A DNA stretch of 64,000 bases from Gemmatimonadaceae bacterium (GTDB taxonomy: Bacteria; Gemmatimonadota; Gemmatimonadetes; Gemmatimonadales; Gemmatimonadaceae): positions 175 through 64,174 of the forward strand of contig JANMAY010000055.1 of assembly GCA_031360095.1 (NCBI GenBank), written 5' to 3'. The translations under genes and the position numbers were made by a program. The first letter of the stretch is position 1. Every line of letters begins with the position of its first letter. Below the pieces are notes generated by a model that had not been told where the DNA came from, did not search any database, and saw nothing but the letters and a program-made list of their open reading frames with translations. Positions 39,997 through 48,035 of this stretch are shown here, one piece after another.

Positions 39997-41103
39997 CTAC
40001 TGCCGCCCGATGCCGAACTGATCACCCGCCTGCACCGGACGGCCGTCGTCGAACACGATCTCGAGTAGCTTCTCGCTCTGCACCGGCTTCCCGTTCTCAT
40101 CCGCCAACGTGGTCACGACGCGCTTGCGCCTGACGTCGATGATCTCACCAGACGACGGAATGGCAAACCGTCCGTCGATGGTGAACGTGACCCAGCCCGG
40201 TTGGTCGCGCACCACGAAGCTGTGGATCAATCGCGGCGGCATCATGGTGTTGTCGAACACGTGCACTCGGCTATTGGCACCATCACACACCCACACCTCG
40301 CGCTCGTCCGGGGTGAGGCCAACACCATGACTGGGACAGCCGTGGCGCTTCACCGGTCCCTTCTCGAACCCCGGTACCTCAACGCGATGCAGCACCGCGC
40401 CCGTGCGCAGATCGCCGATCTCGAAGCCGAGCAGCTCGTTGACGTTCACGTAGCACCGGCCGCGTACACCAACGGTGAACGGTCGAATGACGTTGCCGAA
40501 TGGGCCGATCTCACGCACTATCTCGCGTGTGCTCGTGTCGACCACGCGCAGTAGCGGCGACCGGAGACCTGCAAGGTAGGCATACCTCCCGTCAGCGGAA
40601 CACAGAGTGTTGTGTGCACCGGAGTTCGGCACGATGCGCGACGTGACGTCGCCCGTGGCAGCGTCCACCACGTTCCAGTGCGGCCCTTCGAGCGAGGGGA
40701 GATAGATGGTGCGTCCATCTGGCGTCAACGCCATACGATCGCATCCGCCGTCGTACTCACGATTCCACAGCACCGCGTCCGTCACGAGATCCAGACACAC
40801 CATCCGCTTGATGGTCGTCACGTACACTCGGCCCGTAGCTGCGCTTGCGCAGATGCCCTTGACGTTCTCCGGCGGTGCGCCAACAGGCGCATTCGGCGTC
40901 GGGATTCGGCGCACAAAGCGAAAGTTGTCGTCGATGTCGTAGACGAGAATGCCGATGCCGCCCCACTCTACGTAATTCCGTATTCCCGGCTCGGCGACGT
41001 AGAGCAGACGTCGCTGCGCGAGACGCGGACGCAGCGCATGCACGCCGAACAATGCGACGCTAGTGCGCGCAACGAAGGTTCGGCGGGAGATTGGTTCCGT
41101 CAT
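39997..41103 (-). CDS. Secreted beta-propeller protein (YncE/YVTN/lactonase-like)
   Basis: ORF 39997-41595 trimmed to the ATG at 41103 ([20 protein letters not shown], Tat-like), giving 368 aa. It has repeated propeller-blade patterns ([32 protein letters not shown]). It sits 26 nt after the upstream gene and 16 nt before rhaM. Confidence 0.55.
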   Translation of the reverse strand: MTEPISRRTFVARTSVALFGVHALRPRLAQRRLLYVAEPGIRNYVEWGGIGILVYDIDDNFRFVRRIPTPNAPVGAPPENVKGICASAATGRVYVTTIKRMVCLDLVTDAVLWNREYDGGCDRMALTPDGRTIYLPSLEGPHWNVVDAATGDVTSRIVPNSGAHNTLCSADGRYAYLAGLRSPLLRVVDTSTREIVREIGPFGNVIRPFTVGVRGRCYVNVNELLGFEIGDLRTGAVLHRVEVPGFEKGPVKRHGCPSHGVGLTPDEREVWVCDGANSRVHVFDNTMMPPRLIHSFVVRDQPGWVTFTIDGRFAIPSSGEIIDVRRKRVVTTLADENGKPVQSEKLLEIVFDDGRPVQAGDQFGIGRQ

Positions 41104-41129
41104 GAAGGAGCCTCTGCGTGCTGACACGT

Positions 41130-43835
41130 TTACCGCTGCGGTCCACGAATGGCGTACAACTGAATTTGCTGCATGGCCCATGGCGGTCCGTTCTCCACGC
41201 TCGCCGTCTGCGTGATGCGGACGAGCTTCGCCGACACCGGTCGGAACGCAATCACCATCGACTGACCCGTTCCCTGCCCTTCGGCGACGGGGTCGCTCCA
41301 GGTGGTTCCATCCAGAGAAACTTGTATGCGGTATCCGCGCGGAAAACGCGCCGGCACCGGTGGAGTCGTGGGCCGCCCACCGGCCGCGGACTGGAATTGG
41401 ATCTCCGACAGCATCACCGGTTCGGGGAGCTCGAACTGAAACCACATCCCCGCTAGCTGCGACACAACGGTCGACCACCCCGCAGTGCCAAATGCTCGAA
41501 CCGCACTCTCGGTGTTGTGGCTTGCGCTCGCCTTCCATGAGGATTGGACGTGCATCAACATCGGTACTGATGAGGACAGCTCCTGATACGTCCACGGTGT
41601 CGTGCGAGCACGCGTGGCCGTGCGGATGGCCGTCACCTGCTCCGATGATACGAACGAGGCCTGATTCGTCATCGAGTTGCGCACGTAGGACGCAACAGCG
41701 GAGATCCAGTCGTCGGACTGCTGGGCTTGGGACACCATGATCTGCCCCGCATACGTCTTTCCATCGATCGGGCCTGTGAGGCCCTGCAACAGCGTCCTCA
41801 CGATGTAGTCCGGATGCCCCGTCACCCGAGGAGAGCCTGCGAGCGCCGGCGCGATCGTCTGACCCGGACCGGCCGGCGTACCCAGCCCCGTCTCACCATG
41901 ACACTGCGAGCACATCTCCTTGTAGACCGTCGCTCCGCGGTCCAGCATCGCGCGTTGCGCAGCGGTGAGGTTGCGGCCGCCCGCGCCTGGGGGCGGCGTG
42001 AGTATCTGCGTGCCAACGAGCTGCACGCCGCGCGCATTGTTCGCAGCGACCGCCGCACGCACCGTGGTCGTCGCATCGCGGACCCTGAGCGTGTTCATCG
42101 TCAGCAGCGCCTGGATGACGACGTCCGCGTCGGGATCGCGAGTCAGGCGGCGATAATCGGCTGCCAGCGACGTGTCGCCACTCTTATAGAGCGTCTCGCT
42201 CGCGCGCATCGCGTGCATCCGCATGCGGGGGTTCGCATCGCTCATCTGCTCGCGTACGAATGCAGCGTCCAGCACACCGAGCCCCTCGAGTGTCCACAGT
42301 GCATGCATGCGAGCGACGGGAATCGTGTCCCGACGCGCGATGGCCTGGAGCGCCGGAACCACGGACCGATCCTGTCGCAGCACCAACAACTGCTGCGCCA
42401 TGTCGCGCCACCAGCCATTGGGGTGCGACAGGTGCCGAACGAGCTCCAAAGGAGTTTCGTCGAGCATCCGCGGCCGCGTGGTGTCGCGCGGGTTGGCGTC
42501 ATGCGTCAACCGCCAGATCCGGCCGAGTCCCACGATTCGGTCGAGCTTGTACTGCTCGACTTTGGCGCGGAGATACGAACCCTTCGGCGTCCACTGGCTC
42601 TCTTGGATGATGCCGTGATACATGTCGACGACGTACATCGAGCCGTCCGGCGCCGTCTTGATCTCTACCGGCCGGAAGAGCGGATCCGCCGAGCGGATGA
42701 ACTCGGACTTGTCGGGCTGGTAGACGTTCCGGATCTGCGTGATCCCGTCCGTTTTCACAGGCCGCACGCGGCGAACCACTCGGCCCACGACCTCGCCGTA
42801 GAAGTAGTCGCCGAGCAGGTCCGCGGGCAGTCGGCCGCCCCGGTAGACGTTGGAGCCGGATCCTGCGGTGGCACGACTGAGCGACCCATCGGGCATGCGA
42901 ACGACCGTCATACCGCCCTGCATGTCCGCGATGCGCATGGGCGCACCGAAGATTTCGTCGAAGCCGGGCGCGTATTGATCGGGGATCGCGAAGTTGCCGT
43001 ACGCGATGGGAAATTGGAAATACGACGGCACACCGCTCGCGCCGCCCTGGAACCAGACCTTGCCGTCGTCATCCTGCGACGCGCCCCATTGCGCGCCGTT
43101 GAAGCCGGTCGCTTCGCGAATCACCCCCGTCGGCGTCGCACGCACGCGGAATGCATTCACGGTGCTGTACAGCCAATTGTCCATCGCCCAGAAGAGCGAC
43201 GACTGCAGATGCTCCACGTTCGCCAGGCGGCCAAAGTTGGTGGTGAACAACTCCTTCGTGTCCGCGGTGCCGTCGCCATTCGTGTCGGTGAACTTCCAGA
43301 CGTCGTTGCTGTTCGACTCCATCGTGAGAATCGCGTTCGCGCCGTATGGTGTAGCAAATCGCGGAAACACGAGGCTGTCGACGAACACCGAGTGGCTCTC
43401 GTACATGCCGTCGTTGTCCCGATCCTCCCATCGTGAAATGCGACTCACCGGTGCGAGTTGATCGCGCGCGTCCGCGTCGAGCATGTAGGTGCGAAGCTCG
43501 AGCACGAACATCCGGCCGTTGCCGTCGAACGAGATCGTTGCCGGCTGCTGAATTGCCGGCTCGGTGAGGATGGGTTCCATCCGGTAGCCAGCCGGCAGGA
43601 TGAACCGGCTCTGCTCGTCGGTGGGCGAGCGCGGTTCAACGGGCGGCTTGGGTGAGAGGTCGGCGCCTTCGAATGGATCGCGCGGCGCCGGTGCCGGCGC
43701 GGCAGTCTGCGTCGACGTCGTGGGCTGTGGAGGTACAGAGCGCCCTGTCGAGCAGCCGCCACCGCCGATCAGCGCGAGCCCGGCCAGCGCGAGCTGAGCC
43801 CGGTGTGCGAGAGCTGAGGGAAATGGAAGTTCCAT
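41130..43835 (-). CDS. Lipoprotein: PVC-type dehydrogenase-like beta-propeller + HEAT repeats + c-type cytochrome + C-terminal F5/8 type C (discoidin) domain
   Basis: ORF 41130-43907 trimmed to the ATG at 43835 (MELPFPSALAHRAQLALAGLALIGGGGC lipobox). It is paralogous in architecture to 18287-22312. The heme motif CSQCH is encoded at 41898-41912. The discoidin-like tail runs GMWFQFELPEPVMLSEIQF...YRIQVSLDGTTWSDP. Confidence 0.75.
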   Translation of the reverse strand: MELPFPSALAHRAQLALAGLALIGGGGCSTGRSVPPQPTTSTQTAAPAPAPRDPFEGADLSPKPPVEPRSPTDEQSRFILPAGYRMEPILTEPAIQQPATISFDGNGRMFVLELRTYMLDADARDQLAPVSRISRWEDRDNDGMYESHSVFVDSLVFPRFATPYGANAILTMESNSNDVWKFTDTNGDGTADTKELFTTNFGRLANVEHLQSSLFWAMDNWLYSTVNAFRVRATPTGVIREATGFNGAQWGASQDDDGKVWFQGGASGVPSYFQFPIAYGNFAIPDQYAPGFDEIFGAPMRIADMQGGMTVVRMPDGSLSRATAGSGSNVYRGGRLPADLLGDYFYGEVVGRVVRRVRPVKTDGITQIRNVYQPDKSEFIRSADPLFRPVEIKTAPDGSMYVVDMYHGIIQESQWTPKGSYLRAKVEQYKLDRIVGLGRIWRLTHDANPRDTTRPRMLDETPLELVRHLSHPNGWWRDMAQQLLVLRQDRSVVPALQAIARRDTIPVARMHALWTLEGLGVLDAAFVREQMSDANPRMRMHAMRASETLYKSGDTSLAADYRRLTRDPDADVVIQALLTMNTLRVRDATTTVRAAVAANNARGVQLVGTQILTPPPGAGGRNLTAAQRAMLDRGATVYKEMCSQCHGETGLGTPAGPGQTIAPALAGSPRVTGHPDYIVRTLLQGLTGPIDGKTYAGQIMVSQAQQSDDWISAVASYVRNSMTNQASFVSSEQVTAIRTATRARTTPWTYQELSSSVPMLMHVQSSWKASASHNTESAVRAFGTAGWSTVVSQLAGMWFQFELPEPVMLSEIQFQSAAGGRPTTPPVPARFPRGYRIQVSLDGTTWSDPVAEGQGTGQSMVIAFRPVSAKLVRITQTASVENGPPWAMQQIQLYAIRGPQR

Positions 43836-43940
43836 CGCGACGAATATGCTTCGCTCTCGCCGCCGCGATAGGCCGAACCGGGCGTGTCTCTTGCACTCGG
43901 CTAGCACATTCGCGACTCATCACCTCTGGCCGGAGGCATC

Positions 43941-44258
43941 ATGTCACGCGTTGCATATGGAAGCACGTTCGTGCTCGTCGCATCACTCATTCTCGCGCGC
44001 CCACTCACTGCGCAAAACAAGATGCCGGACAAGTCCACTGGTTTGTGTGGAGACGGCACCTGGACGATGGCCGCGTCTCAGCGCGGCGCGTGCTCAGCGC
44101 ATCAGGGCGTGAAAAAATGGATCGGCAAGAGACCGCGCGGAGCCAAGGCCCGGTGCAACGACGGCGAGTACTGGGTGAACGCCGCCGCGCAGGGCGCGTG
44201 CTCGGGCCACGACGGCGTGCTCATGTGGTACAAGAAGCCCGCTGGCGGAAAGAAGTAG
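43941..44258 (+). CDS. Secreted DUF3761-type protein with two tandem repeats
   Basis: 105 aa with a signal peptide ending ARPLTAQ. It has two copies of the C-x-DG-x-(W/Y)...GACS-x-H-x-GV...W motif (CGDGTWTMAASQRGACSAHQGVKKW and CNDGEYWVNAAAQGACSGHDGVLMW). Confidence 0.65.
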   Translation: MSRVAYGSTFVLVASLILARPLTAQNKMPDKSTGLCGDGTWTMAASQRGACSAHQGVKKWIGKRPRGAKARCNDGEYWVNAAAQGACSGHDGVLMWYKKPAGGKK

Positions 44259-44278
44259 GAGCGAGTCGCCGAAAGGCA

Positions 44279-44314
44279 GCGCCGGGCCGACGATGAGTCG
44301 GCCCGGCGCTTTTT
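44279..44314. terminator. Rho-independent terminator, usable in both directions
   Basis: A perfect 13-bp GC-rich stem (GCGCCGGGCCGAC / GTCGGCCCGGCGC) with a 5-nt loop, followed by TTTTT on the plus strand. It lies between the convergent DUF3761 gene and pilC, and the T-run abuts the pilC stop codon. Confidence 0.75.
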
Positions 44315-44315
44315 C

Positions 44316-45515
44316 TTACTGCACCGCGTTGATCATGTCGAAGATCGGCAGATACATGGCCACGACCATGCCGCCCACCACCACGCCAAGAAACACGATC
44401 ATGATCGGCTCCATGAGGCTCAGCAAGCCAGACACAGCGGCGTCGACCTCTTCATCGTAGAAGTCGGCGATTTTCGAAAGCATCTCGTCCAGACCACCGG
44501 TCTGCTCGCCCACCGCGATCATCGAGATCACCATCGGCGGAAACACCGCGGACTTCTGCAGCGGTGCGGAGATCGTTTCACCACCGGCGATCGACGTCCG
44601 CGACTCCATGATTGCGTCGGAGATGACGCGGTTGCCCGCCGTCTTCGCCGTGATCTCGAGGCCATCGAGAATCGACACGCCCGAGCCGATCAGCGTACCG
44701 AGCGTCCGCGTGAAGCGCGACACCGCCGACTTTCTGAGCACGTCGCCAAGCACCGGCATTTTCAGCATCAGTTTGTCGATCGCGAGCTTCCCGCTGCTCG
44801 TGGCGTAATACTTTTTGACGAAGAAGACGAACGCGAAAATCGCGGCGAGCACGATGTACCAGAAACTCGTCAGGAACTTCGACATGCCGATGACGACGCG
44901 CGTCGGGAACGGCAGCGCCATGCCGACGCTCGCGAACATCTTCTCGAACACCGGAATCACGAAGATCAGCAGCACGATGATCGCGATGGCCGCCACGCTC
45001 GAGATGACGGCCGGATAGATCATCGCGCCCTTCACCTTGCGCACGAGCGCATCGTTCTTTTCCATGAACGTCGCGAGCCGCATGAGGATGGTGTCGAGAA
45101 TACCGCCCGCTTCACCGGCGGCGACCATGTTCACATACAGCTCGCTGAACGCCTTGGGATGTTTGCGCAGCGCGTCCGCCACGGTGTGACCGCTCTCGAC
45201 GTCGAACACGACGGCGTGCGTCACGTCCTTGAGCGCCTTGTTCTAGCTCTGCTTCGCGAGGATGTCGAGGGCCTCCACCAGCGGCAGGACGGCGTTGATC
45301 ATGGTCGAGAACTGCCGCGTGAAGATCACGATGTCGCGCATCGAGATACGGCCGCCGCTCTTTTTCTTCTTCGCGGTGGCGGTTTCGTCGATCTTCACGA
45401 CGTTCAGGCGCTGCTTTCTCAGCTGCGCGACGACGTCGTCCCGGCTCGGCGCGTCGATCGTTGCGGTGCGAAGGTCGCCGTTGAGGGCGCGGGCCGTATA
45501 GGTAAATGCTGGCAT
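44316..45515 (-). pseudogene. pilC: Type IV pilus platform protein PilC (GspF family) interrupted by one in-frame TAG
   Basis: ORFs 45243-45515 (90 aa, PilC N-terminus) and 44316-45224 (302 aa, remainder) are in the same frame. They are separated only by a TAG at 45243-45245. The continuous reading is ...LDILAKQS*NKALKDVTHAVVFDVESGHTVADALRKHPKAF..., totalling 400 codons including the terminal stop, the normal PilC length. Confidence 0.8.
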
Positions 45516-45537
45516 GGAGTGTCTCCTCGGTTTGATC

Positions 45538-45656
45538 GTAGGACGGTAGGACGGTAGGACGGTAGGACGGCCAGCCTCGGGACGTCCCTACAGTCGTTTC
45601 CGTTCTACTGTCCTACCGTCCTACTGTCCTACCGTCCTACCGTCCTACCGTCCTAC
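45538..45656. repeat. Inverted arrays of a tandem 8-bp unit: (GTAGGACG)x4 at 45538-45569 and (YGTCCTAC)x7 at 45601-45656
   Basis: Counted directly. The two arms are reverse complements of each other. The spacer contains the 10-bp palindrome GGGACGTCCC at 45579-45588. The array fills the pilT-pilC intergenic region, and the pilT stop codon (45653-45655) lies inside the last unit. Confidence 0.9.
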
Positions 45657-46801
45657 CTCTTTCCCGCCATCGCCCCACCCGACGCGCCGGGCTTCTTCGC
45701 GCCGTCGTCCTCGGGTGACTGGCCGATCATGCGCAGGAATTCGTTCGCGTCGTGTGTCGCACGAAGGCAATCGTCCAGCGCGACTTCCCGGCTCATGTAC
45801 AAGCCGTACAGCGCGTCGTTCATGGTCTGCATACCATACTTCTTTCCGGACTGCATGGTGCTGTAAATCTGGTGGATCTTGTCGTCGCGGATCAGCGCAC
45901 GCACCGCCGGCGTGACGACGAGAATCTCCGCGGCCATCGCGCGGCCGCGGCCCTTCGCCTTGGGCAGCAGCGTCTGCGTGATGATGCCCTCGAGCACGAA
46001 CGCGAGTTGCGCGCGCACCTGGCTCTGCTGGTGAGCCGGAAAGACATCGATGATGCGATTGATCGCCTCGGCCGCGCTGTTGGTGTGCAGCGTGGCGAAG
46101 GCAAGGTGGCCTGTTTCGGAGATCGTGAGTGCCGCCTGGATCGTATCCAGGTCGCGCATCTCACCGATCAGAATGACATCGGGATCCTGACGCAGCGCGT
46201 ACTTGAGCGATGCCTGGAAGCTCTTCGTGTCCGTTCCCACCTCGCGCTGGTTGACGATGCAGCCCTGGTGGCGGTGAATGAACTCGATGGGATCTTCGAC
46301 CGTGATGATGTGACCCTTCCGCTCCTTGTTGATCTTGTCGATCATCGCGGCGAGCGTCGTGCTCTTGCCCGACCCCGTAGGGCCCGTCACGAGCACCAGA
46401 CCGCGCGGCCGTTCCGCCATCTTGCGGATCACGTCGGGGAGCTTGAGCTCGTCGAAGGTCTTGATCGAAAACGGAATCTGCCGGATCACCATCGAGACAC
46501 AGCCGCGCTGCTTGAAGCAGTTGCCGCGAAAGCGCGCAAGGTTCTGGATGCCGAACGAGAAATCCAGCTCGTCCTCCATCTCGAACCGCTTCTTCTGATT
46601 TTCGGTGAGCACGCTGTAGGCGAGTTGCAGCGTATCCTTTGGCGACATCACGAACTCGAGATTCGAGTTCTGGATCTCGCCGTCGATGCGCATCTTGGGG
46701 CGCTCGCCGGCAGTCACGTGCAAGTCGGACGCGTCGCGCTCGATCATCTCCTCGAGCAGCACGCGGAGATTGACGCCTTGGGCTGATGCGGGTGCGGTCA
46801 T
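45653..46801 (-). CDS. pilT: Type IV pilus retraction ATPase PilT
   Basis: ORF 45653-46831, whose first codon is a TTG; the ATG at 46801 is preferred. Walker A is GPTGSGKSTT, and the PilT-type motifs TLHTNSAAEAINRIID and PAVRALIRDDKIHQI are present. Confidence 0.9.
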   Translation of the reverse strand: MTAPASAQGVNLRVLLEEMIERDASDLHVTAGERPKMRIDGEIQNSNLEFVMSPKDTLQLAYSVLTENQKKRFEMEDELDFSFGIQNLARFRGNCFKQRGCVSMVIRQIPFSIKTFDELKLPDVIRKMAERPRGLVLVTGPTGSGKSTTLAAMIDKINKERKGHIITVEDPIEFIHRHQGCIVNQREVGTDTKSFQASLKYALRQDPDVILIGEMRDLDTIQAALTISETGHLAFATLHTNSAAEAINRIIDVFPAHQQSQVRAQLAFVLEGIITQTLLPKAKGRGRAMAAEILVVTPAVRALIRDDKIHQIYSTMQSGKKYGMQTMNDALYGLYMSREVALDDCLRATHDANEFLRMIGQSPEDDGAKKPGASGGAMAGKR

Positions 46802-47078
46802 TGTGTGTGAAACGAGGATCGGGCCATCCAACGGACGGCAGCCATGTCGCGGTCTCGCGGCATGGGCGTCCTACAGCAGGACGATTGAGGCCGGTGGAGC
46901 GGAACAGACGCGTCACTCAGCAGACACCGGAGAAAGCTACTTTCAGCGGCGCCCCGCCACAGCCTCCGCAGCGCTGGAGACCCCGTTACCTGCCCGCTGG
47001 CGTGTGGCTAGCCTCTTGCCATTCTTCCCGGGGCGCTTTAGGCGCCTTGGATCCTCACTCCTTTCGACGCTCATCCGC

Positions 47079-47990
47079 ATGCCCGGCACGCACTTCACCC
47101 CCGCCAGCTCCACGGACGCCGTATCGGCCATAGCGTTCGGTGCCTTGCAGGGCCGGGTGGAGCAGGTTCTCAACGCCATTGACGACGGCGTCTTCTGCCT
47201 CGATGCTGAAGGTCGCGTGATTTTCATCAACGAGGCAGCCGTTCGACTGCTCGGATTCACGACTCGCGAGGTGATCGGACAGTCGATGCACGCGCTGTCA
47301 CATCACCACTATGCAGACGGCTCGGTATTTCCCGCGGAATCGTGCCCGATCCTCTCGTCAGTGACCGATGCAGTCCAACAGCGCGTTGGCGGCGACACGT
47401 TCTGGACGAAAGCCAAATCGCCGCTGCCCGTGGATTACACGAGTATCCCGATCAAGGACGGGCGGATCGTGGTAGGAGTGGTCGTCACGTTCCGGGACAT
47501 CAGCGAGCAGCAGCGGTCGGAAGAACAGGCGGCCCGGCTCAAGGGAGAGCGGGCTGCACGTGCCGAGGCGGAAGCGGCGCGAGAAGCCTTGCGAGTCAGC
47601 GAAGCGCGCTACCGGTTCCTCGCCGAGGCGATCCCGGTGCTGATCTGGACGGCTCGGCCAGACGGTGGGTTGGACTACGTGACACAACGCGTTGCCGACT
47701 ACTTCGGAACGTCCGTCGAGCAACTGCTCGCCGATGGGTGGAAAAACGTCGTTCACCCCGACGATCTCCCTGGCGTCGCGGAGCAGTGGGGCCATTCACT
47801 CAACACCGGGGAACCGTACAAAGTCGAGTTCCGACTCCGGGCGGCCGACGGTACGTTCCGCTGGCATCTCGCCCGTGCGCTCCCCCAGCGCGACGCCGCA
47901 GGCAAAGTCGTTCACTGGTTCGGAACCAATACCGAAATTGAGGATCAGAAACAGCAGTTGCTGCAGCAGACGTCACGGATGATCGTGTAG
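47079..47990 (+). CDS. Stand-alone tandem PAS/PAC domain protein (no output domain)
   Basis: ORF 46686-47990 trimmed to the ATG at 47079, giving 303 aa. Two PAS-like modules (DGVFCLDAEGRVIFINEAAVRLLGF... and IPVLIWTARPDGGLDYVTQRVADYFG...HWFGTNTEIEDQK) are joined by a charged coiled segment. The upstream part of the ORF overlaps pilT antisense. Confidence 0.7.
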   Translation: MPGTHFTPASSTDAVSAIAFGALQGRVEQVLNAIDDGVFCLDAEGRVIFINEAAVRLLGFTTREVIGQSMHALSHHHYADGSVFPAESCPILSSVTDAVQQRVGGDTFWTKAKSPLPVDYTSIPIKDGRIVVGVVVTFRDISEQQRSEEQAARLKGERAARAEAEAAREALRVSEARYRFLAEAIPVLIWTARPDGGLDYVTQRVADYFGTSVEQLLADGWKNVVHPDDLPGVAEQWGHSLNTGEPYKVEFRLRAADGTFRWHLARALPQRDAAGKVVHWFGTNTEIEDQKQQLLQQTSRMIV

Positions 47991-48035
47991 CACGCCTTCG
48001 AATTGTCGGGCTGATGGTCGCTCACCAACAGCTCC

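Noticed and set aside
41727-43436. 569-aa plus-strand ORF
   Set aside because: It is antisense to the second dehydrogenase-cytochrome c gene. It is Arg/His-rich and has no motifs.
45538-45656. CRISPR array interpretation of the repeated octamers (also 55034-55149)
   Set aside because: The units are only 8 bp and directly tandem, with no unique spacers, and no cas genes are present. The two arms are inverted relative to each other, unlike CRISPR repeats.
45752-46786. 344-aa plus-strand ORF
   Set aside because: It is antisense to pilT, which has a Walker A box and PilT-specific motifs.
46802-46900. Possible sigma-54 promoter (TGGCTGC...GTTGG) upstream of pilT
   Set aside because: The spacing between the GG and GC elements is off by two positions from the TGGCAC-N5-TTGC consensus, so it is not supportable by eye.
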